A stretch of 64,000 nt of DNA from Eledone cirrhosa (GCA_964016885.1 OZ024763.1:1922001-1986000); one strand, 5' to 3'. Shown: positions 13,241 to 26,723, counted from the stretch's first letter. Translations and numbers: made by a program. The notes: generated by a model not told the origin, from the sequence alone.

Positions 13241-13495
13241 CACGATATTAACAAATGGAAACTATATTTATAAAACCATATATATTTTATTATACATATT
13301 TCAAGGATACCATGTTAAATTATGGTATGCTTTCATCAGACAAAATACAATATATACCAGTTTTATAAATAAATTTTGACATACCCTTTCAAAATGCAAC
13401 CGTTACTTTTGGAAGACATTGTCGAGTGCTTTATATCAGTTATAAAAATATTTGCTTGTTGTATCCCAACAATTTATTTAAATAGAACTTTTGCA
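13241..13495 (+). mobile_element. Family B element: long inverted segment joined to a short direct 3' tail
   Basis: 13241-13415 is the reverse complement of the family B body; 13420-13495 matches the family B tail 36273-36342. Confidence 0.75.
13284..13346 (-). ncRNA. Type I hammerhead ribozyme motif (family B)
   Basis: ATTTTGT-CTGATGA-AAGcATACC...GGTATcCTT-GAAA-TATGTA-TA-ATAAAAT. Confidence 0.8.
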
Positions 13496-14259
13496 TATAT
13501 ATATATGTGGGTTCAAAGTAACTGTGGAAAACCAGTAAACAGCCATTTCACCCCCTCTTCTCCTCCTCTCCTCCTCCCCCTTCTCCTCCTCTCCTCCTCC
13601 TCCCCCCCTCCTCCTCCTCCTCACTAATTCTAATTTACTTTTTCTTTCTCATTAGTGTCTTTGTTCTCTTGTGTAAAACATATATATATATTAGGATATA
13701 TATATTGTTTACTGCTCTCTCACCTCTCTCTCTATATATATCTCTCTCTCTGTCTCTCTCTCACTCACCTCTCTCTCTCACTTCTCCCTCACTCACACCA
13801 CTCCCTCACTCACCTCTCTCCCTCACTTCTCTTTCTCTTTCCCCCAGCTCGCTCTCTCTTTCTATCTCCCCATCTCTCATCTCTCTCTAGCTCTTTCCCT
13901 CTCTCTCATCTCTCTCTATTTCTCCCTCACCTTGCTCTCTCTCTCTCTCTCTCTCTCTAGCTCCCTCTCTCTTTCTCTCTCCCCCTCTCTAGCTCTTTCT
14001 TCCCCCCCCCCGTCTCTCTCCACCCCACTTCTCTCTCTAACACACATACTCACACTTAAACACACACACACATACCAACACACACACCAACACACACACA
14101 CACCTTCATATATCTCTACACAACTAATTAGATACAAATGCTTCCATTTGTCAAATTTTACAATCTACCCCCTGAGTGCTGGGGAGACTGACAAGACACC
14201 CAACTGTGACCCTCATGTCCTTCAGCTTCACCATCCTCTTCAGCTTCTCCAAGAACCCA

Positions 14260-14436
14260 GTACCACCACCAACAACAACAATAACAACAGCAACAATAAC
14301 AACAACAGCACCACCACCACCAACAACAACAACACCACCACCAGCACCAACACCAACACCACCACCACCACCACCACCAACAACAACAACACCAACAGCA
14401 CCACCACCAACACCACCACTGCCACCACCACCCACC

Positions 14437-14468
<32 letters not shown>

Positions 14469-15330
14469 CAACCACCAACAGCACCACCACCACCACCAAC
14501 ACCAACACCGCCACCACCACCACCAACAACAACACCACCACCAACAACACCAACAACAACAGCACCACCAACACCACCACCACCAACACCACCAACAACA
14601 ACAGCACCACCAACACCACCACCACCAACACCACCAACAACAGCAGCAGCAGCACCACCACCAGCACCAACAACAACAACAGCACCAACAGGACCACCAC
14701 CAACAACAACAACAACAACAATCCAAGCTAACACAACATACCTTAGCTTATCTCCCACTTTAAAACATTAACTCCTCATTACCCTTACCATCCTCCTCCC
14801 CCTCCTCATCACCACCACCACCACCACCATCACCATTGCCACCACCATCACCACCACCACCATCATCACCACTACAATCATCATCATCATCATCACCACC
14901 ACCATCACCACCACCATCATCATCACCATCATCATAACCATCACCATCATCATCTCCATCATCATCATCAGTAACATCATCATAACCATCACGATCATCA
15001 TCACCATCATCATAACCATCACCATCATCAGTAACATCATCATCACCACCATCACCACCACCACCACCATCACCACCACCACCACCATCACCACCACCAC
15101 CATCATCACCACTACAATCATCATCATCATCACCATCATCATAACCATCACCATCATCAGTAACATCATCACCACCACCATCACCACCACCATCATCATC
15201 ACCATCATCATAACCATCACCATCATCAGTAACATCATCATCGCCATCATCACCCTTCCTATCCTCCCCCTCATCATCATAACTACCACCATCATCATCA
15301 TCATCATTATCACCACCACCACCACCACCC
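14260..15330. repeat. Compound triplet low-complexity tract (AAC/ACC/ATC)
   Basis: Seen directly in the sequence. Confidence 0.95.
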
Positions 15331-15784
15331 TCCCCCCTCCCTCTATATCTGGGTTCAACATTACATGTCTTTTCTTGCAGTGATTCACATTCTTCCCCCC
15401 CCCCCCCCAGCAAACTCCTGGTATATAAGAGTTTTTAAGGAGGTTTCTAGGTACTGGGAAGACCCCCCCCCCACACACACTCTATCCCCCATTCTACCCC
15501 CCCACCCCCACTTACCTTCACCCCTTCCTCCTTTGTTTAAGAAGGGGGGCATGTAGAAGGAGGGTTGGGTTGGGCTGGTAATGATTTGTTGTTGTCCCCG
15601 CCCCACCAGGGGGCTAATTCTTATCTATGTTGTTTGTAAAGGTATGTGTTGTTGTTGTTGTTCTTCTTCTTCTTTGTCTTCTTTCTTCATCTTTTTCTTC
15701 ATCTTTTTCTTTTCTTCTTCTTCGTCTTCATCTTTTTCTTCTATTTCTTTTATTTCTTTTTCTTCTTCCAGATTCTCTCTGATG

Positions 15785-16450
15785 GTGTTGTTGTTGTTGT
15801 TGTTGTTGTTACTGTTGTTGTTGTTACTGTTGTTGTTGTTGTTGTTGTTGTTACTGTTGTTGTTGTTACTGTTGTTGTTGTTACTGTTGTTGTTGTTGTT
15901 GTTGTTGTTACTGATGTTGTTGTTGTTGTTGTTGTTGTTACTGTTGTTGTTGTTACTGATGTTGTTGTTGTTACTGATGTTGTTGTTGTTACTGATGTTG
16001 TTGTTGTTGTTGTTGTCCCAAGATCAACTCTGAAGATACATGTGTTGTTGTCGTTGTTGTTGTTGTTGTTGGTCACTGTTGTTGTCACTGTTGTTGCTGT
16101 TGTTGTTGTTATAGCTGCTGCTGCTGTTGTCATTGTTGTTGTTATAGCTGCTGCTGTTGCTGCTGTTATTGTTGCTGCTGTTGTTGTCTCGGATCACCTC
16201 TGTACAAGACATGTTGTTGTTGTTGTTGTTGTTATAGCTGCTGCTGTTGTTGTTGTCATTGTTGTTGTTATAGCTGCTGCTGTTGCTGCTGTCATTGTTG
16301 TTGTTGTTATAGCTGCTGCTGCTGTTGTTGTCATTGTTGTTGTTGTTGTTGTTATAGCTGCTGCTGCTGTTGCTGCTGTTATTGTTGCTGCTGTTGCTGC
16401 TGTCTCGGATCCCCTCTGTACAAGACATCTTGTTGTCATTGTTGTTGTCT
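15785..16450. repeat. Compound (GTT/GCT)n tract with a repeated TGTACAAGACAT motif
   Basis: Seen directly in the sequence. Confidence 0.9.
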
Positions 16451-16939
16451 CAGGTCCCCCCTCATGTACAAGACATATGTGTTGATCAAAGCTATTCCAG
16501 CTGTGACACATATTTAGGGATATTCTGCGTTTTGTGGGGGTGGAGGGGATATTCTTCATTTTCTTTTTCTTTTCTTTTACTAGTTTCCTACTGGGGTCTT
16601 TGCCTTGCTTGACGAGTCTGGAACTTTTTTATCGATCCCTTTTTGTTGAACTGCTCAGTCTTATGTGGTTTAGTCTCTTCTTTTTCTTTTTCTCTTTTTC
16701 TTCTTTTTCTTCTTTTTCTTTTCCTTTTCCTTTTTCTTTTTATTTGTCTTCTTCTTTGCCTACTTATTCCTGAGAAGGTCCTGGGGGCAGAGAGCAGAGT
16801 CCTCAAGCACTCCTTCCAGTGGGTCCTGTCAGAAGTAACCGTCAAATAAAGAGGCCTTCTTAGACATTGGTGTTAGCTAAGATCTCTCTCCAGCACAGAG
16901 ACATCCTTAAATATATAAATTCAGTTTTTTTTTTTATTA

Positions 16940-18105
16940 ACACCATCACCGCAACCAACACTACCACCACCACCACCCTTACCACAACCAACACTACCAC
17001 CACCACCACCACCACCACCACCCTTACCACAACCGTCACCACAACCAACACTACCACCACCACCACCACCACCCTTACCACAACCAACACTACCACCACC
17101 ACCACCACCACCACCACCCTTACCACAACCGTCACCACAACCAACACTACCACCACCACCACCACCCTTACCACAACCATCACCACAACCAACACTACCA
17201 CCACCACCACCACCACCCTTACCACAACCAACACTACCACCACCACCACCACCACCACCACCACCCTTACCACAACCGTCACCACAACCAACACTACCAC
17301 CACCACCACCAACACTACCACCACCACCACCCTTACCACAACCATCACCACAACCAACACTACCACCACCACTCTTACCACAACCATCACCACCACCACC
17401 CTTACCACAACCAACACTACCACCACCACCACCACCACCACCACCCTTACCACAACCGTCACCACAACCAACACCACCACCACCACCCATCACCACAACC
17501 AACACTACCATCACCGCAACCAACACTACCACCACCACCACCCTTACCACAACCATCACCGCAACCAACACTACCATCACCACAACCAACACTACCACCA
17601 CAACCATCACCACAACCAACACTACCACCACCACTCTTATCACAACCATCACCACAACCAACACTACCACCACCACCCTTATCACAACCATCACCACAAC
17701 CAACACTACCACCACCACCACCACCCTTACCACAACCATCACCACAACCAACACTACCACCACCACCCTTATCACAACCATCACCACAACCAACACTACC
17801 ACCACCACCCTTATCACAACCATCACCACAACCAACACTACCACCACCACCACCACCCTTACCACAACCATCACCACAACCAACACTACCACCACCACCC
17901 TTATCACAACCATCACCACAACCAACACTACCACCACCACCCTTATCACAACCATCACCACAACCAACACTACCACCACCACCCTTATCACAACCATCAC
18001 CACAACCAACACTACACCACCACCACCACCCTTACCACAACCATCACCACAACCAACACTACCACCACCACCACCACCCTTACCACAACCATCACCACAA
18101 CCAAC
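16940..18105. repeat. Minisatellite built on (ACC)n, unit core CCTTA(C/T)CACAACCATCACCACAACCAACACTA
   Basis: Many variable-length units. Confidence 0.92.
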
Positions 18106-18109
18106 ACGG

Positions 18110-18228
18110 TCTGAGTTCAAATCCCGTCGAGGTTAACTTTGCTTTTCATCCTTACAGGGTCGATAAAATAAAGTACCAGTAATGCACTGGGGTAATTGCT
18201 GGCCTTGTGCCTAAACTAGAAACAATTA
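18110..18228 (+). mobile_element. 5'-truncated SINE S1
   Basis: Runs from the B-box to the tail. Confidence 0.85.
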
Positions 18229-18377
18229 TAATCTACGTTGTTATCTACATTATCAAGTTGCTTGGATTTACCTGGTTTAAGCTGTCTACCTTAACAGCTT
18301 TATCTCCTCACAGGTAACGGGGTAAATAGAGATATGTTAATTTAAACTCTTTATCACCATCCCCGCTCATCCTTATC

Positions 18378-18409
<32 letters not shown>

Positions 18410-18734
18410 CACCATCATCATCACCATCATCACCATCATCATCATCACCATCATCACAGCCACCATCACCACCATCACCATCATCACCACCATCACCATC
18501 ATCACCACCACCACCACCATCACCACCATCATCATCACCACCACCATCATCACCATCAGAACAGCTGTTTATGACAAACAGCAGCTAGGCCAGACTAAAG
18601 CAACCAGGGAGTCCCTGGGTTCGTGAACATTTTGGGTTCCAAGCACCTGCTCACAAGAAACTTGATAAAGGTTAAAAGTACATTGAAGGTAAGGCCTACA
18701 TATAGAGGAAGAGAAGGCTCACATTGGTCAAGAC

Positions 18735-19040
18735 TGGAAGGTCCTCTCCTTGGCGCAAGCCTGGACGAGGTATTTTGTGGAAGCAAAAGCAGTCATCCAT
18801 ACATACCAGTCCCCCTCCACTCCATGCCACCAATGTTGTCCAGGAGAAAGACAAAGGCCTGTACAGTTTGGTACTTGTGTCGTTGCAGTTTACATATTTT
18901 TTACCAACCGAGTGGACTGGAGCAGCATGAAATAACATGTCTTGCTCAAGGACACAACATACTACCCAGCTTTGGAATTGAATTCATGACCTTACAATTC
19001 TGAACCCAACACCCTAACCACTAATCCATACACCTTCACT
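18735..19040 (-). mobile_element. Older CORE-like tRNA SINE
   Basis: Head TGGATTAGTGGTTAGGGTG, CCTTGAGCAAGACA body, 3' part homologous to 36475-36860. Confidence 0.7.
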
Positions 19041-19140
19041 CTACACAGAATGCGGCTTATATTCCAGCATCAATCCATGTCAACCTCTAAAACAGAAGTG
19101 ACATCCTCCCCACAAAAAAAAATGTTTTAAGATATATATA

Positions 19141-19625
19141 TTTTAACCCTTTAGTTACTAACCCTGCCAAACCCAGCTCTGGTTCTATGAAATAAAACCA
19201 CTTATTTTAACCCTTTAGTTACCAACCTGGTCAAAACCTTATCTAGATTTATGAAATAAAACCACTTATTTTAACCCTTTAGTTACCAACCCAATCAAAA
19301 CCAACTCTGGTTCTATGAAATAAAACCACTCATTTTAACCCTTTAGTTACCAACCTGTTCAAAACCTTATCTAGTTTTATGAAATAAAACCACTCATTTT
19401 AACCCTTTAGTTACCAACCCGTCCAAAACCAGCTCTGGTTCTATGAAATAAAACCAGCTATTTTAAAGGTTTCCAATTTAAATTAAAATCTTCCCACATA
19501 ATTTTATATGAGAACCTTACCTTAATTTTCAATGAATGATTAATAATTTTAGTAAATCCCTCAAAATTCTTCATTAACTAATTGAAATAGAGTGTATTTC
19601 ATTAGAAATATGGCCATAAAAAAGT
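19141..19625. mobile_element. Possible piggyBac-like MITE with its left end amplified 5x (~64-bp unit)
   Basis: Each unit starts TTAACCCTTTAGTTAC (TTAA+CCC resembles a piggyBac terminus); units alternate between two subtypes; right end degenerate. Confidence 0.45.
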
Positions 19626-19671
19626 AGAGCATCTGGTTAAATGCCATTTTGGTATTTATTCTAGCTCTTAA

Positions 19672-20012
19672 CATTCTGAGTTCAAATCCTACTGAGGTCA
19701 ACTTTACTTTTCATCCTTCTGAGGTTGATAAAATAAAGTACCAGTCAAATACTGGGGTTGATTTAATTAACTTTGTTCTTCCCCAAATTTGTTGGTCTTG
19801 TGTCTAAATAAAAAAAAAAATTCAATATATATTTTAAAATATATTTTAGAATGTGGTCAATTGATGAAATTGGTAGAGCATCTGATAAAATGTCATTGTG
19901 GCATTTGTTCTGGTTCTTAACAATCTGAGTTGAAATCCTACTGAGGTTAACTTTGTCTTTCAGCCTTCTGAGCTTGATAAAAAAAGGTACCAGTCTACTA
20001 CTGGGGTTGATT
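19672..20012 (+). mobile_element. Two diverged S1-type SINEs
   Basis: B-box plus GAGGT(C/T)AACTTT...GATAAAA..GTACCAG, present twice. Confidence 0.75.
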
Positions 20013-20371
20013 CTTCCTCCATATCTCTTTCTCACTTCCATTCTCTCTCTCCCTCTATCCTTCTCTGGAAGAAATCTGTTGTATTCAGACCTGGAGAGGA
20101 GACAGATATCCATTAGATGTGTAGTTCTATATAGTTTATTAGTGTGGTGTTAGTGTAGTATTGGTGTGGTGTCGTGTTAGTGTGGTGTTAGTGTAGTATT
20201 GGTGTGGTGTTAGTGTGGTGTTAGTGTGGTGTTAGTGTGGTGTTAGTGTGGTGTTAGTGATTCCAGTTCCTCAGTGAAATAACAACCCAACCAGGAACTG
20301 GGCATATCAGAGTATTGACAAAATTATACACCTCAACAACATATGTACTTGTCTATACCACACTAATTCGG

Positions 20372-20426
20372 ACTGCCTGAAGAGGTCACAGCCAAAGATG
20401 GCTGTCACTGAAATATATATAGCAGT
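20372..20426 (+). ncRNA. Minimal type I hammerhead ribozyme motif with palindromic loop III
   Basis: ACTGC-CTGAAGA-GGTcACAGCC aaagat GGCTGTcACT-GAAA-TATATA-TA-GCAGT, followed by AATAAA and (TA)n about 50 nt later. Confidence 0.85.
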
Positions 20427-20476
20427 AATAAACGAAGCTAAATTTTAAACATTTGACTTTTTATTTAACTTTATTG

Positions 20477-20511
<35 letters not shown>

Positions 20512-20580
20512 GTATATATATGTATATATATATGTGTATATATATATGTATATATATATATGTATATATATATGTATATG

Positions 20581-20611
<31 letters not shown>

Positions 20612-20612
20612 G

Positions 20613-20930
20613 TAAATATTCATTAGTTAAGCAAAACAAGACCACAGATTTCACAAGGAAGACATTATTAAAAGATTGTTGACAATCTTTTAATAATGTC
20701 TTCCTTGTGAAATTTGTGGTCTTGTTTTGCTTAACTAATGAATATTTCCAGCTCTGCGCACCTAACCTCTGCATGAACCCAGCCACCTAGCTGCTTTCTA
20801 CTGCATATTGCACATTGAGCACATGCCTTTACGCTTTGGCTTCTAACTAACTCACCAATCTCTCCTCTCATATCTCCTCTACTATCTCCATCTCTCTCTT
20901 TAAAATTGGTTACTCTTGAACTGTGTACAT
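20613..20930 (+). mobile_element. Foldback element family H within (TA)n
   Basis: ~65-bp arms (1 mismatch) around loop TTGA at ~20680; unique tail running to (TA)n. Confidence 0.6.
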
Positions 20931-20937
20931 ATGTATA

Positions 20938-20980
<43 letters not shown>

Positions 20981-21309
20981 TGTGTGTGTGTGTGTTAGAG
21001 AGGGAGAGAAAGACAGCTACCCAAGAGGGGGAGAGAGAGAGAGAACAGAGGAGAGAGCTAAGAGAGACAGAATACTTGAGAGAAAAAGAAACAGAAAGAG
21101 AGAGAGAGAGAGAGGAATAACTGAGAGAGTGAAAAGACAGGCATGACTAAGAGAGAGAGGGGGGGGGGAGAAAGGCATATCTAAGAGAGAAAGAGAGAGA
21201 AGGAGCTAAGAAGGAATAAGAGGGAATGGGTGAAGGGAACAAAAAACCAGAAAGGAACCTCAAGTAGGTTATAATAAATAACTCTGACATTCTTTGTAAA
21301 ATATAATAA

Positions 21310-22220
21310 ATTGGGGTGGGTAGGTGTTGATGTCTGGGGGTGGGGGAATATACTGGGGTAGGGGGGCGGGTATCTGGGGTGGTAGGGAATATTGTGGGGT
21401 AGGAGGGATATCTAGGGTGGATAGAATATTCTGGCGTAGTGGGCAATATGTGGGGTAGGAGGGATATCTGGGGTAGGTTGGAATAATTAGGGGTATATAA
21501 GAGTAATTGGGGTGGGTAGGTCTGTGTGTAAGGGGGTGGATAGAATACTGTGAAGTAGTGGGGTATATCTGGGGTAGTGGAGGAATATCTGGAGTAGTGG
21601 GGTTATATCTGGGGTAGTGGAAGAGTATCTGGAGCAATGGGGGAATAATTAAGGGTATATATATAGGAGTAATTGGGTAGGTAGCCTAGATAAGGGTAGA
21701 TAGGTCTTTGTGATGGGGGGTGGATAGATATTGTAGAGTAAGGGGGATATCTGGGGTAGGCTGGAATACTAGTGGTGGGTAGGAATAATTAGGGGTATAT
21801 ATAGAAGTAATTGGAGTAGGTAGCCTAAATTAGAGTGGGTTCGTCTTTGTGTTGGGGGTAAATAAACTACCCTGGGGTAGGTTGGAATAATTAGGGGTAT
21901 ATATATAGGAGTAATTGGGGTAGGTAGCCCTGATTAGGGTAGATAGGTCTTTGTGTAAGGGGGTGGATAGATATTGTAGTGTAGAGGGGGTATTTGGGGT
22001 AGACTGGAATATTAGGGGTGGGTTGGAATAATTATGACTATGTACAAATATTTAGGGGTAGGTAACACCCCTTGTTGAGGAGGAATGGAATGATATAGGG
22101 GTAGGTAGGCATAATTGGGGGTAGGTAGGAAAAACTAAGTAGATAACCCCCACATGTTGAGGAGGAATAGAATGCTTTGGTGTAGGTTGGAATAATTATG
22201 GGTAGTTTAGGGGTACATAG
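21310..22220. repeat. Degenerate G-rich tandem repeat (GGAATAATTAGGGGTATAT / ATCTGGGGTAG motifs)
   Basis: Motifs recur with high divergence. Confidence 0.75.
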
Positions 22221-22254
22221 GGATAATTTAAAATGTCTACCAGTAGAGTAGCAG

Positions 22255-22915
22255 TATTGGTAGAGCATCAGACGCCATGCTTTGTGGCATAGAGTTATGA
22301 CCCTTTCCATTCTATGTTCAAATTCCTCCGAGATTAACTTTGCCTTTCATCCTTACAAGGTTTGATAAAATAAAGTACCAGTAATACACTGGGGTAAATT
22401 TAATCAACTTTCTCCTCCTCCAAAAAACTTGTTGGCCTTGTGCCTATATAAGAAACCATTCGTATTATTATTATTAGAATTGGCAAATAAAGTACCAGTA
22501 ATGCACTGGGTAATTGCTGGCCTTGTGCCAAAAGTAGAAATAATTATTAGAATTGGTAGAGCATCACACGCCATGCTTTGACGCATAGAGTTACGGCCCT
22601 TGCCATTCTCAGTTCAAATCCCGCCGAGGTTGACTTTGCCTTTCATCCTTACAGTGTCGATAGAATAAAGTACCAGTAATGCACTGGGGTAATTTCTGGC
22701 CTTGTGCCAATAGTAGAAACAATTGTTGTTAGAATTGGCCATATCGGTAGAGGGTCGGGCACCATGCTTTCCAGCAGAGCTACGTCCCTTTACATTCTGA
22801 GTTCAAATCCCATCAAGGTTAACTTTGCTTTTCATCCTTACGGGGTTGATAGAATAAAGTACCAGTAATGCACTGGGGTAATTGCTGGCCTTGTGCCTAA
22901 AGTAGTAACAATTAT
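22255..22915 (+). mobile_element. Cluster of 3 full and 1 partial S1 SINEs in tandem orientation
   Basis: Heads at ~22255, ~22552 and ~22735; tail fragment at ~22485-22545. Confidence 0.88.
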
Positions 22916-23471
22916 TATTATTCCTCATCATCATCATCATCACCATTATCATTATCTTCTTCTTTGCCTTCTTCTTCTTTGCCTTCTTCTTCTCTGCCTT
23001 CTTCTTCTCTTCATCATCACCATTACCACCACCACCATCATCACCATTACCATCACCACCACCACCATCAACATCACCATCACCATTACCACCACCATTA
23101 CCATCACCACCACCACCATCATCATCACCACTGCCCTTAACTATAAATAACATTATACTCAGTTAATAGAAGCTATTCCCAGATATAAGGAGATGGTCCC
23201 ATTCCTGAACGGACATTCCCTGGCGGAATCCATGGTGTTTGGCACCATTGGGGAGAGTGGTATTGTCGGAAAGATGCCAAAATTGTTGAGATCTCCAGCT
23301 GATAGCTGATGAAGGGAATGAATGTCTTACTGTGCTAGCTGTATGTAGAATATAATGTACGAGTGTATATATCATATATATATATATATTATGTATATAT
23401 ATTTATGTTACAATATTATGTATATATTATATTACGCTATATGTGTGTGTGTATATACATATATATATATA

Positions 23472-23540
<69 letters not shown>

Positions 23541-23590
23541 CTGTGTGTGTGTTAAGTAGTTTAGATGAGTTGATAATACAACCAAAAATG

Positions 23591-23625
<35 letters not shown>

Positions 23626-23746
23626 ATATATATATGTGTGTGTGTGTGTATATATATGCATATATATACGTATATATATATACTTATATATGTATATATA
23701 TATATATGTATGTATGTATATATATATGTATATATATATATGTATG

Positions 23747-23800
<54 letters not shown>

Positions 23801-23805
23801 TATAT

Positions 23806-24018
23806 AGGAACCAGTAAGACCCCGACGGCTGAGCTCAAGCCGTTTCGACGGCTGAGCTCAAGCCGTTTCGACGGCTAATTCAGTCCAGAATTAGCCGTCG
23901 AAACGGCTTGAGCTCAGCTGTCGGGGTCTTACTTGTTCCTATTACCCACTCTACTACCCTAAGTATTGAGTACTTTGGTGCGTTATGGTCCACCAGGTTC
24001 CTTACCACATTTCCTTCG

Positions 24019-24020
<2 letters not shown>
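23806..24020 (+). mobile_element. Foldback element family D with a hammerhead 3' half
   Basis: GACGGCTAATTC agtcca GAATTAGCCGTC-GAAA-CGGC ttgagctca GCTG-TC-GGGG; second copy at 31501-31683; (TA)n flanks. Confidence 0.75.
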
Positions 24021-24088
<68 letters not shown>

Positions 24089-24109
24089 GTATATATATAT
24101 ATATGTATA

Positions 24110-24157
<48 letters not shown>

Positions 24158-24517
24158 GTGAAACTCCACGTTTATACAACACTCAAGACACTACAGCAGT
24201 ATGTGTGACATTTCAATAATTGGAGTGGAGTTGAGATAATGAGTGGAGTGTGGAGTGGAGTGGGGTGGGGGTTGCTGAGTATCTTCTTCTTCTTCTCCTC
24301 CTCCTTCTCCTCCTCCTAATAATAAAGATGTCTTGAAATGACTGTTAAACACTTTGGACAGCTGATGTACATCCTGAAACACACACACATATATATACAT
24401 ACACATACACATATATGTATGTATACATGCACACTGATTCACACATAGACACACATATACATACATATGCTCACATGCGCACTGATTCATACACAGACAC
24501 ATATATTGCTGTGTGTG

Positions 24518-24554
<37 letters not shown>

Positions 24555-24559
<5 letters not shown>

Positions 24560-24737
24560 TGAGATTCTACAGGACTAGAACTGTTTCATTCTTTAGAAAT
24601 CATCAGATTCCTGATGATTTCTAAAGAATGAAACAGTTCTAGTCCTGTAGAATCTCATCTATATTAAAACTTTTATACTCTGCTATGTATTGAGTACCTT
24701 ACTTACTGTGGTTACCTCCGATTCAACTCGGAATAAC

Positions 24738-24738
<1 letters not shown>
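24555..24738 (+). mobile_element. Foldback element family A within (TA)n
   Basis: Near-identical to the reverse complement of 7624-7817. Confidence 0.82.
24605..24655 (+). ncRNA. Type I hammerhead ribozyme motif (family A)
   Basis: AGATTC-CTGATGA-tTTCTaaAGAAt-GAAA-CAG...CTG-TA-GAATCT. Confidence 0.8.
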
Positions 24739-24778
<40 letters not shown>

Positions 24779-24916
24779 GGGTGGGTAAAATTCCCAAGAT
24801 CCATGGACGAGATCTCTCCAGCGGTCTCTGTCCCTCATCATCGCTGCCATGTCCTGCGTCTCCCAGAAACCAGTGTCTGTCGTTAGGGCCTCAATATATG
24901 TATATATATATATATA

Positions 24917-25262
24917 TCATCATCATCATCATCATTTCATTTTACGTCCACTTTTCCCTGCTTGCAAGGGTGGGACGGGAACTGATTCTGGCTTGATTTC
25001 TACAGCTGGATGCCCTTCCTAACACCAACCTCATTTACAGTGAGTACTGGGTGCTTTTTTGCCGTGGCACCTCCACGACCACTTTGCAGTGGAATGATAG
25101 GGGCCCAAGTCCCTATCATCTCATTTCTACAGCTGAGTAAACTGGAGCAATGTGAAATAAAGTGTCTTGCTCAAGGAAACAACACATCACCCGGTCTGAG
25201 AATTGAACTCACAACCTTTCGATTGCAAGGCCAATGCTCTAACCACTAAGCCATGTGCCTCC
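24917..25262 (-). mobile_element. Composite SINE (tRNA head, CORE-like body, RTE-related tail)
   Basis: Near-identical to 6577-6928. Confidence 0.85.
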
Positions 25263-25282
25263 ATTCTATGTATATATATATA

Positions 25283-25313
<31 letters not shown>

Positions 25314-25625
25314 GTGTGTGTATATATGTATATTTATATGTGTATATATATATGCAGGTGTCGATATTAGTCTATATACACCCCACACATTACAGGGACC
25401 TACTTATATTTCATGTCTTAGTAGGCCAATATATGGACTTATTGGGTTTCATATTGGAGTTTATGTAAACATTACATATTATATATATATTAGTGTGTAT
25501 ATGTGTCTATATATATTAGTGTGTATGTGTGTCTATATATATTAGTGTGTATGTGTGTCTATATATACTAGTGTGTATGTGTGTCTATATATATTAGTGT
25601 GTAGGTGTGTCTCTATATATATACA

Positions 25626-25685
<60 letters not shown>

Positions 25686-25725
25686 CATATATATACGTAT
25701 ACATATATATATATATATATACATG

Positions 25726-25786
<61 letters not shown>

Positions 25787-25787
25787 A

Positions 25788-25849
<62 letters not shown>

Positions 25850-26641
25850 CACATATATATACATATACATATATATATACATACATATATATACATATAT
25901 ATATATAAGAGACAGTGGGAACAAGGAGAAGAATAAGAGATAAATACATTATAATTAAAGATATTTAATATTTGATATCTCTTTTCCTGTTGAAGTTCCT
26001 CATTATAGTTCTATATCAATAAATATTGTGATGATGATGGTGGTGGTGGGGGCTGATGGTGGTAGTGGTAGTGGTGTGGTGGGGAGTGGTGTGGGGGTGG
26101 GGTGATGGTAGTGGTAGTGGTGTGGTGATGGTTGTGGGGAGTGGTGTGGTGGGGTGATGGTGGGGAGAGTGGTGTGGCGGTGATGGTGGTAGTGGTTGTG
26201 GTGGGGTAGTGGTGTGTGGGGGGGGGGGGGGGTAGTTGTGGTGTAGTGGTGGCTGTGGGGAGTGGTGTGGTGACGATGGTGGGAGGAGTGGTGTGGTGGT
26301 GATGGTGGAGGGGGGAGGTGTGTGTGTGTGGTGGTGGTGATGATGGTAGTGGTGGTGGTGGTGGTGGTGGTATTCATGGAGCTGGTGGTGGCAATATTCG
26401 TGACATATATATGTATTTGTGTGTGTGTGTGTGTATTTGTGAATATATGTACCATCACCACCACCATCACCACCACCATCACCATCACCACCACCATCAC
26501 CACCACCACCATCACCACCACCACCACCACCATCATCATCATCACCATCATAGCATGGGTTAGACAAAATATGGGTCAAAATAAATGATCTCAGTCCAAT
26601 TATACCATAAATATCTCAATGGACATTTAGTGCTAAAATCT

Positions 26642-26681
<40 letters not shown>

Positions 26682-26723
26682 GTGTGTGTGTGTTTGTGTG
26701 TATTATCATCACCATTTAACATG

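Noticed and set aside
18314-18688. Plus-strand exon with good AG and GTAAGG borders
   Set aside because: Stops in all frames and mostly (CAT/CAC)n content
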